A stretch of 27,267 nucleotides of DNA from Myxococcota bacterium. Its GTDB lineage: Bacteria > Myxococcota > XYA12-FULL-58-9 > JABJBS01. The notes under the pieces are model-generated. The model made no database searches and was not told the origin of the DNA. It saw only the letters and a list, made by a program, of their open reading frames with translations. The position numbers were made by a program, and so were the translations under genes. Of the stretch, positions 8,145 to 17,228 are shown one piece after another. The DNA is taken from the NCBI GenBank assembly GCA_036339465.1, contig JAYZAY010000018.1, forward strand, positions 1-27,267, in the 5' to 3' direction. Each line of letters starts with the position of its first letter. Positions within the stretch are counted from its first letter, which is position 1.

Positions 8145-9458
8145 TTAATTCGCCACCGTCCTCAACCGTTGAAGCGTGTCATCCAGCGGTGCGATTTCAT
8201 GAATATCCTGCATCATAAAACCTTTAATTCCGTCGGACTTAGTCAGGGCCATATCCAGCTCAGGGTTCATACCCTTTCGGTAAGCACCGATTGATATCAG
8301 GTCTTGTGAGTCCTCGATGGTGGCGATCCAATTCCGAAGCTTCCTGGTCTGCAATAATTCATCATGCGTCGCAATTTCGGTTTCAACCCTCGAAATCGAA
8401 GACAAGACATCCACCGCCGGGTACTGCCCGCGGTTCGCTAGGTCCCGAGACAACGAAACATGTCCATCCAAAAGCCCCTTCGCCGCATCCGCAACCGGGT
8501 CTGTCATATCATCCCCTTCCACCAAAACCGTATAGAGCCCCGTGATGGTTCCCCTATCGAGGCTTGGGGAAACCCTCTCCAACAGTTTTGGCAACATCGA
8601 AAACACACTTGGGGGATAGCCTTTAGTGGTAGGCGGCTCCCCCACAGCCAATCCCACTTCCCGCTGCCCCATGGCAAATCGGGTGAGAGAATCGACAAAG
8701 AGGACCACATCCGCTCCTTTATCTCGAAAATACTCGGCAATGGTAGTAGCCACAAAGGCCGCGCGGACCCGCTCGTTGGCGGGCTTATCCGATGTTGCGA
8801 CAACCAAAACAGATCGTTTAAGTCCCTCAACGCCAAGGATTTCATGAATAAAATGTCCAACTTCCCGCCCACGCTCGCCAACAAGGGCCATCACGATAAC
8901 GTCAGCCGTACTCGCCCTTGCAATCATCCCCATGAGCACACTTTTTCCCACACCCGGTCCAGCAAAAATGCCAAGCCTCTGCCCTTTGCCTGCAGGAACA
9001 AAAGTATCGAGCACCCTGACCCCAGTGCACATCCTCTCATTCACTTGCCTCCTCTCTAGGGCTGGAAGTGGTTCGCCATAAACCTTTCGGTATTCATCAA
9101 CCGGAAGACTACCTTTTCGATCCATCGGCTGCCCTAGGGCATTCAAAACTCGCCCCAACATCTGTTCCGAAACTGGGATTTGTGATGCCCCCCCCTGAGG
9201 AAGCAATGCATCCCCAATTCGAATACCCGAGATCGCACCATATGGCACCATAAGAACCTTATCATCTCGAAGGGCCACGACTTCTGCCCAGGCTCCTGGG
9301 CCATCATCCCCTCCCACTCTGTAGAGGTCGCCCACCGCCGCTCCTGCCGCGAATCCCTCCAAGAGGGAGCCGGTAACCCCAGCCACGCGCCCCTGAACAA
9401 AAGGGGCACCGACATGGGTTGAATCCTTGTAGCGCTTCAGCAAACCCAATCCGGCCAT
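8145..9458 (-). CDS. fliI: Flagellar export ATPase FliI
   Basis: Walker A GPGVGKS, ALVGERGREV, Walker B VVLFVDSLTRFA, GEPPTTKGYPPSVF. Confidence 0.97.
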   Translation of the reverse strand: MAGLGLLKRYKDSTHVGAPFVQGRVAGVTGSLLEGFAAGAAVGDLYRVGGDDGPGAWAEVVALRDDKVLMVPYGAISGIRIGDALLPQGGASQIPVSEQMLGRVLNALGQPMDRKGSLPVDEYRKVYGEPLPALERRQVNERMCTGVRVLDTFVPAGKGQRLGIFAGPGVGKSVLMGMIARASTADVIVMALVGERGREVGHFIHEILGVEGLKRSVLVVATSDKPANERVRAAFVATTIAEYFRDKGADVVLFVDSLTRFAMGQREVGLAVGEPPTTKGYPPSVFSMLPKLLERVSPSLDRGTITGLYTVLVEGDDMTDPVADAAKGLLDGHVSLSRDLANRGQYPAVDVLSSISRVETEIATHDELLQTRKLRNWIATIEDSQDLISIGAYRKGMNPELDMALTKSDGIKGFMMQDIHEIAPLDDTLQRLRTVAN

Positions 9459-10144
9459 TACCGCACCTCTTGATTAAGAACATATTGATTCCGCAACTGG
9501 TCAGCGACATCATTTAAACGCCTGGCCACCGTCGCATCGACCGTTCCCAAACTGCATTCGGCCCGCAAACCACCAACTTCGATACTGGGATCTTCCAAAA
9601 CCCGAACCACGGTTTTATCAGAGGCAAACTCAGGGAACTTTTTCTTCACGGCCTTAACATCCATCGGTGCACAATGAATTGTAATCTGGTCAGCCTCCCT
9701 AAGCACGCCTAGACCGTGTTCGACCATGCGCTCGGTAAACTCCCGTGGCACCGACGTATCCGATAATAGAACCTCTTGGGCAATCAAGAGTGCGAGTTCG
9801 ACGATTTCCGCCTCTGTCTCAATAAGGATATTGTCCCTTACCAATTCCATTTCAGCCATTGAACTTTGGTATTTCCCGCTCAGCTCCTCGATCTTATCCC
9901 GTGCTCGCTGCAAGCCTTCTTGATAACCATCCCGGTAAGCTGTTTGCCGAATCCGAGCCACTTCCTGTGCGGGATCGATTTTCACTTCATCTAAGCACGT
10001 TAGAATATCATAAAGTGGTGTCAAGCCCTCTTCGAGATCCGACGACCAACGCGGTTTTTTGATGAGTCCCGGCGTATGGGCGTGAACCAAGGGCTCAACG
10101 CGTTTCAGCTCAACTTTGTAGTCCTGACTTGCTCTAGCATTCAT
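9458..10144 (-). CDS. fliH: Flagellar assembly protein FliH
   Basis: AxxxGxxxG repeat (AYRDGYQEGLQRA); C-terminal EDPSIEVGGLRAECSLGTVDATV; lies between fliG and fliI. Confidence 0.92.
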   Translation of the reverse strand: MNARASQDYKVELKRVEPLVHAHTPGLIKKPRWSSDLEEGLTPLYDILTCLDEVKIDPAQEVARIRQTAYRDGYQEGLQRARDKIEELSGKYQSSMAEMELVRDNILIETEAEIVELALLIAQEVLLSDTSVPREFTERMVEHGLGVLREADQITIHCAPMDVKAVKKKFPEFASDKTVVRVLEDPSIEVGGLRAECSLGTVDATVARRLNDVADQLRNQYVLNQEVR

Positions 10145-10186
10145 CGCTTTTCAACCCATGCAATATGCAGCAAACCTTGAGGGTTG

Positions 10187-11272
10187 CTACACAAATTCAT
10201 CGCCCCCTGCACCCGCAATCACCAACTTACCCTCGTTTTTCAATTGCAACGCCACACTCACAACAGCCTGCTGAGCTTCCTGAACCTCAGCCAAACGAAC
10301 AGGTCGCATTACCTCTAAGTCATCCCGCAACATTTCAGCCGCACGTTTCGAAAGACTGGAAAAGACTTTCTCTTTCAAATCATCGCTGGCGGTCTTAAGG
10401 GCAACGAGAAGCTGGTCGCTCTGCACCTCTTTGAGTAGGGTTGCAAAACCTCGGCGGTCAAGAGCCGAGAGGTCTTCGAAGGTAAACATTGCTTGTCGAA
10501 TATCGGTCGCCACTGTATCGGTTTCCGATTCGAGACCATCGAGAATTTCGTCAGCCACCTCAGACTCAAGATGGTTAAGCAGCTGCGCCGCCGTTCTGAT
10601 CCCATCGATTTCTCGATCTGCGTCTCGGCTACTTGGAAGCCCGGCTGAAAGAACCCTTTCTGCTGCTTCCAGAACCTGTCGTGGGACCCTCGATAACCCC
10701 GCGATTCGCCCCACCACATCTCTCCGAACATTTTCAGGCACCCGCTTTAAAATCTCCGCACTACGAAGAGGCTCAAGGTTCGCGAGAACTGCGGCAATGA
10801 TCTGGGGGTGTTCCATCTTCAATATGGAGCTTAAAACGTCGACGTCTGCCTCATTTAGACCATCAGCTTCGTCATCGAAAATATCCTCTTGGAGGCCCAG
10901 CATGGCCATCCCTTTATCTTCGCCGAAGGCGCGGGTCGCCAGGGTACCGAGATAATCCATACTGCCTTTGAGGTGTAACGGTTCGAGCGCGTAGAGCTGA
11001 TTAAATTCATTATGAATCGCCGCAAGTTGCGCCGGGTTTGTCTTGGCTAGGTTTTGAACCGCAGCTGATATTGCTGAAATCTCGGGTTGACTGAGGTGAG
11101 ACATGATCTCCACCGCGAGTTCTTCTTCAACGCTAAGCATCCACAGAGCAGCTTTCATGGTACCCGAGACATTCGACACATCGTCGCTTTTTGCGAGAGA
11201 AGTAGCCCTCTCTTTCGGCTTACCCTTCTTCTTCGCTTTAGTCTCTTCTTTTTTTTCTGCGTCCGCCATCAT
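10187..11272 (-). CDS. fliG: Flagellar motor switch protein FliG
   Basis: KAALWMLSV, EHPQIIA, MFTFEDL, SLSKRAAEMLRDDLE motifs; Lys-rich N-terminal extension. Confidence 0.97.
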   Translation of the reverse strand: MMADAEKKEETKAKKKGKPKERATSLAKSDDVSNVSGTMKAALWMLSVEEELAVEIMSHLSQPEISAISAAVQNLAKTNPAQLAAIHNEFNQLYALEPLHLKGSMDYLGTLATRAFGEDKGMAMLGLQEDIFDDEADGLNEADVDVLSSILKMEHPQIIAAVLANLEPLRSAEILKRVPENVRRDVVGRIAGLSRVPRQVLEAAERVLSAGLPSSRDADREIDGIRTAAQLLNHLESEVADEILDGLESETDTVATDIRQAMFTFEDLSALDRRGFATLLKEVQSDQLLVALKTASDDLKEKVFSSLSKRAAEMLRDDLEVMRPVRLAEVQEAQQAVVSVALQLKNEGKLVIAGAGGDEFV

Positions 11273-12855
11273 TACCCCTCACTCAACCAACCCTTAATCA
11301 CTGCCGCTGCCTTCTCGGGATCAGGTCTCCCACCCTTCATCGCACCTGCCACCGCCTGCGCCTCCGTTGATGCCGCAAGCGCTTCACTCTGTGCCGCTCC
11401 ACTAGACAGAGCCGCCTCTAGATCACGCACAGACCTAGGCGTTTCCAAAATCGGAACAGGAGGTGCATCCGCCGCTCTTCCCAAAGAACGGATGACCATA
11501 AACAGAAGGATAAGCAAAAAGAGACCGATAATGGGGCGCCACAGGAGGTGAAACCAATCCATCCCAGTCATACCTGTTTCGATTTTCAACTCTTCTTCGG
11601 CCTCGGTGCGCGTGAAGGCCATAGCCATTACCGAAATTTCATCCCCTCTTTTCGCATCGTAGCCGACCGCTTTTTGGACCAATTCCGTTAATTGTTGCAT
11701 CTCTTCTGCCGGCCGCTCCTCCACGGTCTCTGTTTTTCCATCTGCCGATGGCATTCGCACCTTATCAACAACCACCGCGACAGTAACTCGTTTCAATCTT
11801 GCAATCTTGGCAACCTGCCTTGTCGTGGTTTTACTAATCTCGTAATTCCTAGTCTCTGCTTTTCGCGAATCTCCAGACGACTCAGCCCCGGCTCCAACTC
11901 CCCCGACGCCCCCTGCCATATTCGCTCTCGCGCCCGGGATTCCAGCCGCTGTTTTTTCAGCGCTACCCCTTTCTTCCGTGGAGGTTTGTTCACTCCGAAC
12001 CGCAACCAGTTCTGGGTCGAATTCTTCTTTAACATATTCATTTTGGGAAAAATCCATTTCAACACTCACCTGAACCGACGCTTTACCCTCCCCTACAACC
12101 CGTTCCATAATACGACTTACTCGGTTTTCTAGGCTCTCTTCAAGCTTGCGTTGTTGCTCCATCCCTGACGCCAATTCGAGATTGTCGCCACCTCCTTTGG
12201 CCAACATCTTGCCATTGGCGTCAACCACAGTCACATATTGAGGAGATAGGCCTTCCACAGCAGACGCAACCAGGTGCACAACCCCTTGTACCTGTTCATC
12301 GGTCAAGGCCCGGCCACGCACCAAGCGCAAAGTCACCGACGCCCTAGCCGGCTCATCCTTATCCTTAAAAAGCCGCTTCTTGGGCAAAACCAAATGCACT
12401 CGCGCATTCTTAACCACGTCTATGCTACTAATGGTTCTCTGTAATTCGCCCTGCAGACCCCGTCGATAGTTTAGATTCTCCGCGAATCGGCTCATACCCA
12501 AGGCCGGGTCATCAAAAAGTTCGAAGCCAACACCGCCCCCTTTCGGCAAGCCCTGCCCGGCCAACTTCATCCTTAACTCGTGAACCCGATCTTTGGGTAC
12601 CATAATGGTACTTCCACTGCCGCTCAACTTATGGGGAACCTGCATGGTCGTTAGGGATTCGGTAATAGTATTGGCGTCATCTAGGCTCAGGTTCGTCATC
12701 AAAGGCGAATACTGTAAAGAATCCGGCGACGACAATAACGCGATTAAGCCGCCAATACTGGCCACTGAAGCCAAAGTGACGAACATTTTCCGTCCCGTTG
12801 ACCACGACCCCCAAATTCCACCTAGTTGTGCTAGAGTGTCGTCCATGCCTGCCAT
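11272..12855 (-). CDS. fliF: Flagellar MS-ring protein FliF
   Basis: Two TM segments; GVGFELFD, LQGELQRTI, ARVHLVLP, LVASAVEGL, GYDAKRGD. Confidence 0.97.
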   Translation of the reverse strand: MAGMDDTLAQLGGIWGSWSTGRKMFVTLASVASIGGLIALLSSPDSLQYSPLMTNLSLDDANTITESLTTMQVPHKLSGSGSTIMVPKDRVHELRMKLAGQGLPKGGGVGFELFDDPALGMSRFAENLNYRRGLQGELQRTISSIDVVKNARVHLVLPKKRLFKDKDEPARASVTLRLVRGRALTDEQVQGVVHLVASAVEGLSPQYVTVVDANGKMLAKGGGDNLELASGMEQQRKLEESLENRVSRIMERVVGEGKASVQVSVEMDFSQNEYVKEEFDPELVAVRSEQTSTEERGSAEKTAAGIPGARANMAGGVGGVGAGAESSGDSRKAETRNYEISKTTTRQVAKIARLKRVTVAVVVDKVRMPSADGKTETVEERPAEEMQQLTELVQKAVGYDAKRGDEISVMAMAFTRTEAEEELKIETGMTGMDWFHLLWRPIIGLFLLILLFMVIRSLGRAADAPPVPILETPRSVRDLEAALSSGAAQSEALAASTEAQAVAGAMKGGRPDPEKAAAVIKGWLSEG

Positions 12856-12859
12856 ATAC

Positions 12860-13180
12860 CTATGCTCCCATCCTCATGATTTCACGGTAGGCTTCTACCG
12901 CCTTATTCTTAACAGACATCATAAACTTAAACCGGATATCAGCCTTCTCCATCACCATCATGGTCTCATGTATCCTGCCATCCATTTTAAGTGAAAAACG
13001 GTCAGAAGCACCCTGAATCGCCTGGTGCGGTGCGTCACCAGCATTCCCAATGCGCTCCATCATGTCCGCAAAACGGTCCAGTTTGCGGTCACGGTCTTGA
13101 TGGATGGACCGACTGTCTATGCCTGTTCCCAAGCCATCAACGCGGCCCTCAATCCCCTTACCAATTTCCTCGATCGCCAT
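12860..13180 (-). CDS. fliE: Flagellar hook-basal body protein FliE
   Basis: C-terminal IHETMMVMEKADIRFKFMMSVKNKAVEAYREIMRM. Confidence 0.95.
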   Translation of the reverse strand: MAIEEIGKGIEGRVDGLGTGIDSRSIHQDRDRKLDRFADMMERIGNAGDAPHQAIQGASDRFSLKMDGRIHETMMVMEKADIRFKFMMSVKNKAVEAYREIMRMGA

Positions 13181-13182
13181 GA

Positions 13183-13614
13183 TTAACGTCCTATTGTTAA
13201 GGCTTTTTCAGCCATGGATTTCACAGATTTCATGGCCGTAACGCCTGCCTCGTAGGCACGGGTGGCCATAATCATATTCACCATTTCCTCCACGAGATTC
13301 ACGTTTGGAAGTTCCACGTAACCAGTAGCATCGGCATCGGGATGCTTTGGGTCGAAAATCTTTCGAGGGGGATTTTGGTCCTTAACAACATCCGTTACTT
13401 CTACACCCCGTGTAGCCATTTCGAGATGCGTTCGAAATCCTCCATCATCGTCAAGATTTGTCGCCGTAAAGATGGGGTCTCGTCGCTTATAGGCGCCTCC
13501 TTCCTTTGTCCTCGTCGTTTCGGCATTTGCCAGGTTTGATGCCGTAATATTGAGCCGAACCCGTTCGGCCGTCAAACCAGACGACACAATTTCCATTGCT
13601 GAGTAAAAATCCAT
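13183..13614 (-). CDS. flgC: Flagellar basal-body rod protein FlgC
   Basis: SSGLTAERVRLNITASNLANAETT...DPKHPDAD...PNVNLVEEMVNMI. Confidence 0.97.
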   Translation of the reverse strand: MDFYSAMEIVSSGLTAERVRLNITASNLANAETTRTKEGGAYKRRDPIFTATNLDDDGGFRTHLEMATRGVEVTDVVKDQNPPRKIFDPKHPDADATGYVELPNVNLVEEMVNMIMATRAYEAGVTAMKSVKSMAEKALTIGR

Positions 13615-13988
13615 TACTGCCCTCCATTGGTTGCTGCGTATTTTATAATGGCCAATCGTCGCCTAACGAGATCTAGGCCAGTCTCAAATCGAATCTTATT
13701 GCCTGCCAATTTAGCCATCGCTTTTTCAAGCCGAACCCCGTTATTGTCTATATTAATCGGCTCTTCTGATTTCTTCACAATATAGGGAGTTGTTTCCAGG
13801 CCTTCCACATGGCGTGCATCGGTCTTTTGGATGGCAGTGGCGCGAGTTAACGAATCACTAAAGATAAGCTCTCGGGGACGATAATTCGGCGTGTCGGCAT
13901 TGGTCAGGTTAGAAGTCAAAACACCGTGTCTTTCTAAATGATAATCAATAATTCTTTCAAGACTATTTACACCGCCGAAAATCTTCAT
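13614..13988 (-). CDS. flgB: Flagellar basal-body rod protein FlgB
   Basis: RHGVLTSNLTNADTPNYRPRE...DNNGVRLEKAM; directly upstream of flgC. Confidence 0.94.
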   Translation of the reverse strand: MKIFGGVNSLERIIDYHLERHGVLTSNLTNADTPNYRPRELIFSDSLTRATAIQKTDARHVEGLETTPYIVKKSEEPINIDNNGVRLEKAMAKLAGNKIRFETGLDLVRRRLAIIKYAATNGGQ

Positions 13989-13991
13989 AAT

Positions 13992-15449
13992 CTATTTCCT
14001 TCCCAATATTTTTGTCACATCCTTCGAAAGATCCGCCTTGAGAGCAGCTCTAATGGATCGAAGTCGACGGTTGAGTCCCATGGCATCTCGGCCCACTTGC
14101 AAGTCGTTGACATCCATCACAGCGACTTCTTCCGGCGCAGTTATTTCTTCAGGAATATATCTACCGAACTTTTGCTGAAACCGGACGAGGGTTGCATAAA
14201 CATAATCCGGATCTCCGGTTTGCCGGTAAGCACGGGCCAAGTAGAGCATCACCTGGGCGTAACCATCACGCTTTTTCCACATGCCCCCTTGAAATTTTCT
14301 TTTCTTTATTTTTTGGAGTTTCTTTAGTTCCTCGATAGTTTGGTCCACCAGATCCAATGCCAAATAACTTTGAGCGCAAAGGAAACGGAGGTCTAAGGCT
14401 TCGGGATGATTCTCGATGTCTTCGCGATATCGATAACACATCTTCGCAACGTCCAGTGGTTTTTGGGGGAGTCTTATTGCACGCGCAATAAGAACCTGCT
14501 TGCTTTTCTTGATTTTACGCTTCAACCCAGATTTGCTGATCCCTAGGTTCGTTAGGAAAGGCAACACGTAGTCGATTTCGGAGGTCGTATGAACCTGATT
14601 CATACCCCATATCGCTTCTTCCCTAATAAATTTACCTATCCGGCCCTGTACCCGATCAGCACGCTCCAACATGATGTCCCAATCTGGCTTATCATTTTCA
14701 TCCCATCCACACCCAAGAACCTGACGCCTGATTTGCGCCAGCATTCCTGAAACCTGTACTCGATACGCCTCGGCAACCCTATCGTACCGGCGACAGGCTC
14801 CCCGAATATCACCGCCAAGTAAGGCAATGTCTGACAACCGGAGCTGACTCCATGCACGTAGTGCGTACTCTTCATTTAACTCCTTGAACGAGGCCAAAGC
14901 ATCCTGGAGACGTCCGGTCCTTAGGAGACGCTCCGCAGTGTTGAATCGTCCGGCGACAAAAGATGATGGCACGGGAACAAAAAGACGGGCCCGAATCCGC
15001 TCTTGCATATTTTCTTCCCGTGGCTTGTAATCAACCCATATCTTCAAGCGTCCGGATTTGCGACTCACCTTATATTTCATAATCGCATTCGGCATGGTGA
15101 TTGTAATTTCACGTCCTTTATTGCGCAGGGAGACCACCTTATACCGCATGCCTAAAACCATATTTTTCTTAATGGAATCTTCGACTTTATCCACACCCCG
15201 GGAAACCACCACGACCAGCGTATAACGGTCAGCTAGAAGCCCCGAAGACACCGAACCCTTTTTAGCCGGAATATTGAATTCCACAATTCGTGCCCATGCG
15301 CCTTCTGAGATCAGCGAGAATCCAAGTACCACCACCAAATTGAGAATCGGATATCGCGCCTTCGAGGGCGGGGCACACCAGTCTTGAGAAGCACCGTGCG
15401 ACAACACAGAACTCCGTCTTTGAAAGGCTATTGACACCATGGAAGTCAA
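13992..15449 (-). CDS. Exported or membrane-anchored TPR-like protein, first gene of the flagellar operon
   Basis: TTG start with GGAG 9 nt upstream. Hydrophobic segment ending in AWA, a beta-rich region, then TPR-like helices (AERLLRTGRLQDALASFKEL; AQSYLALDLVDQTIEELKKL; LARAYRQTGDPD). Ends 3 nt before flgB. Confidence 0.75.
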   Translation of the reverse strand: MTSMVSIAFQRRSSVLSHGASQDWCAPPSKARYPILNLVVVLGFSLISEGAWARIVEFNIPAKKGSVSSGLLADRYTLVVVVSRGVDKVEDSIKKNMVLGMRYKVVSLRNKGREITITMPNAIMKYKVSRKSGRLKIWVDYKPREENMQERIRARLFVPVPSSFVAGRFNTAERLLRTGRLQDALASFKELNEEYALRAWSQLRLSDIALLGGDIRGACRRYDRVAEAYRVQVSGMLAQIRRQVLGCGWDENDKPDWDIMLERADRVQGRIGKFIREEAIWGMNQVHTTSEIDYVLPFLTNLGISKSGLKRKIKKSKQVLIARAIRLPQKPLDVAKMCYRYREDIENHPEALDLRFLCAQSYLALDLVDQTIEELKKLQKIKKRKFQGGMWKKRDGYAQVMLYLARAYRQTGDPDYVYATLVRFQQKFGRYIPEEITAPEEVAVMDVNDLQVGRDAMGLNRRLRSIRAALKADLSKDVTKILGRK

Positions 15450-15503
15450 GATACACTGCTCCAGTTACTTTAGACGCCAAACACGTCCGCCCATCAGCAA
15501 TGA

Positions 15504-15520
15504 TGCATAAAGGGTGCCAA
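15504..15520 (-). promoter_or_regulatory. Sigma54 (-24/-12) promoter of the TPR-flgB operon
   Basis: Minus-strand TTGGCACCCTTTATGCA has exact GG-N10-GC spacing and is near consensus TGGCAC-N5-TTGCA. It sits about 55 bp upstream of the start codon and next to a sigma54 activator gene. Confidence 0.88.
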
Positions 15521-15592
15521 GTTGGAATATAAAGATCCGGAGGAAAATGGCGGCCAAAAAGGTGAGTGGGAACCACCATTGATGGTTCTTAG

Positions 15593-15626
15593 GTCGTAAA
15601 TCCGACAATGCCGTCAAGATCCCGAC
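15593..15626. promoter_or_regulatory. Two tandem FleQ/FlrA-like upstream activator boxes (GTC-N8-GAC)
   Basis: GTCgtaaatccGAC (15593-15606) and GTCaagatcccGAC (15613-15626), 20 bp apart, about 100-135 bp upstream of the predicted sigma54 start site. Confidence 0.7.
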
Positions 15627-15635
15627 ATAGCCGAA

Positions 15636-17015
15636 CTAATAATTATCGATACCCAATCGTTTCAAGCGTTCAATCAACGTGGTTCGTTTAAGGCCAAGTA
15701 GCTCAGAGGCCTTCGCTTTATTTCCATCACACCTATTCAGGGCCGCAATAATGAGCTTGGACTCCATTTCGTCCACCAATTCACGCATATTCACGCCCTC
15801 TTCTGGTAAGCTAAGAAGCTCCATGTCATCCGCGAGAGGGCTACCCTCCTTAAACATCCCGGGCAAGTCTCGGGGTTCTAATAAACCGTCCCCGTCCTTT
15901 AGGATCACCATTCGCTCGATGAGATTTTCGAGTTCTCGAACGTTGCCCGGCCAATCATAAGTCCTAAGCCCCCTCATGACCTCCTCGGTTGCACCGCTCA
16001 CCCTCCGACCGTGCTTGGTGGCCGATCGCTCAATGAAGAAATTCGCTAAGCGCGGTATATCGCTTCTTCGTTCTTTCAACGAAGGCAGATGAATAGGAAT
16101 AACGTTCAAACGATAAAAAAGGTCCTCTCTAAATTTGCCTTCTCCAGCCATGACCAAGAGGTCGCGGTTGGTAGCAGACACAATCCGTACATTCGCCTTG
16201 CGAGGCTTGGATTCCCCCACGGGCGTGAATTCTCGCTCTTGGATGACCCGTAGAAACTTGCTTTGCAGACTTAAGTCCATCTCACCGATTTCATCAAGAA
16301 AAAGCGTTCCACCATCCGCCTGCTGAAATTTCCCCTCCCGCGCTTCGCTCGCCCCGGTAAAAGCGCCTTTACCATGGCCGAAGATTTCCGATTCCATGAG
16401 TTCCTTAGGGATCGCCGCACAGTTGACCGCGACAAGTGGGCCCTCATGGCGGCCACTGGCTGCGTGGATGGCCTTGGCCACAAGTTCCTTTCCGCTACCA
16501 CTGATCCCCGTCACCAAAACATTGCAATCGGTGGTGGCGATTCTTTCGATAATCCCAAAGATCTCCAGCATTTTCTGATCATCGCCGATAAACCCGGGCG
16601 CGTATTGGTCTCGCCAAGCCCTACGCCTGTCTGCCTGAAGCCGCTCATCCACCGGCTCCCCCAAGGCGCGCTTCAAAGAAGCGTTAAGCCGCGAAAAATC
16701 GATGGGTTTGGTAATAAAATCCGAAGCACCTGCACGCATCGCGGCCACCGCAATTGGGATACTTCCCTCGCCGGTTATCACAATAACCGCCCGACACCTC
16801 CCCTTAGAAACCGCTTCCTCCAAAATAGCAAAGCCATCGACTTCCGGCATCCCCAAATCAACCAACACAGCATCGAAAGTTTTGCTTCTAAGAAGCGCAA
16901 GCGCAGCCATCCCACCGTCAACAGCCTCCACCAAATACCCCGATTTGGTCAAACCGTGCTTAAGGACCTTGAGCACGGAGGCATCATCGTCGACAACTAA
17001 AACCGTGCGTGGCAT
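15636..17015 (-). CDS. Sigma54-dependent response regulator (REC-AAA+-Fis HTH), probable flagellar activator
   Basis: VLVVDDD and VDLGMP receiver motifs, GISGSGKE, GAFTGA, LFLDEIG, WPGNVRELEN, C-terminal HTH GNKAKASELLGLKRTTLIERLKR. Start placed at ATG 17015 (AAAAGGA RBS) rather than TTG 17039. Confidence 0.93.
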   Translation of the reverse strand: MPRTVLVVDDDASVLKVLKHGLTKSGYLVEAVDGGMAALALLRSKTFDAVLVDLGMPEVDGFAILEEAVSKGRCRAVIVITGEGSIPIAVAAMRAGASDFITKPIDFSRLNASLKRALGEPVDERLQADRRRAWRDQYAPGFIGDDQKMLEIFGIIERIATTDCNVLVTGISGSGKELVAKAIHAASGRHEGPLVAVNCAAIPKELMESEIFGHGKGAFTGASEAREGKFQQADGGTLFLDEIGEMDLSLQSKFLRVIQEREFTPVGESKPRKANVRIVSATNRDLLVMAGEGKFREDLFYRLNVIPIHLPSLKERRSDIPRLANFFIERSATKHGRRVSGATEEVMRGLRTYDWPGNVRELENLIERMVILKDGDGLLEPRDLPGMFKEGSPLADDMELLSLPEEGVNMRELVDEMESKLIIAALNRCDGNKAKASELLGLKRTTLIERLKRLGIDNY

Positions 17016-17228
17016 ACGCATCCTTTTAAATCGACTCAACGCCGATGGGTCATAAAGTTTGGCAACGTCACTTGTAGATATTACCGTAAAAACCTCAATT
17101 ACCTATTTTTCGTACCACGAAGACAAAGTCTATACCTAAGAAAAAGCAATCTGGGCAGCGGTGCTTACGACTTGCACATTTTCCCAAGAGTGTTATGGAC
17201 CCGGCACTCAAATCCAGAGGATGACTCC

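Noticed and set aside
8460..9059. 199-aa plus-strand ORF; similarly 5202-5693, 10431-10955, 11087-11551 and 16374-17000
   Set aside because: Antisense to well-conserved flagellar or regulator genes; shadow ORFs.
8145..12855. Possible non-flagellar type III secretion injectisome
   Set aside because: Rod, hook, FliG and stator genes are present, so this is a flagellum.
17059..17076. TGGCAACGTCACTTGT as a sigma54 promoter for sspB
   Set aside because: No GC at the required GG-N10-GC spacing.
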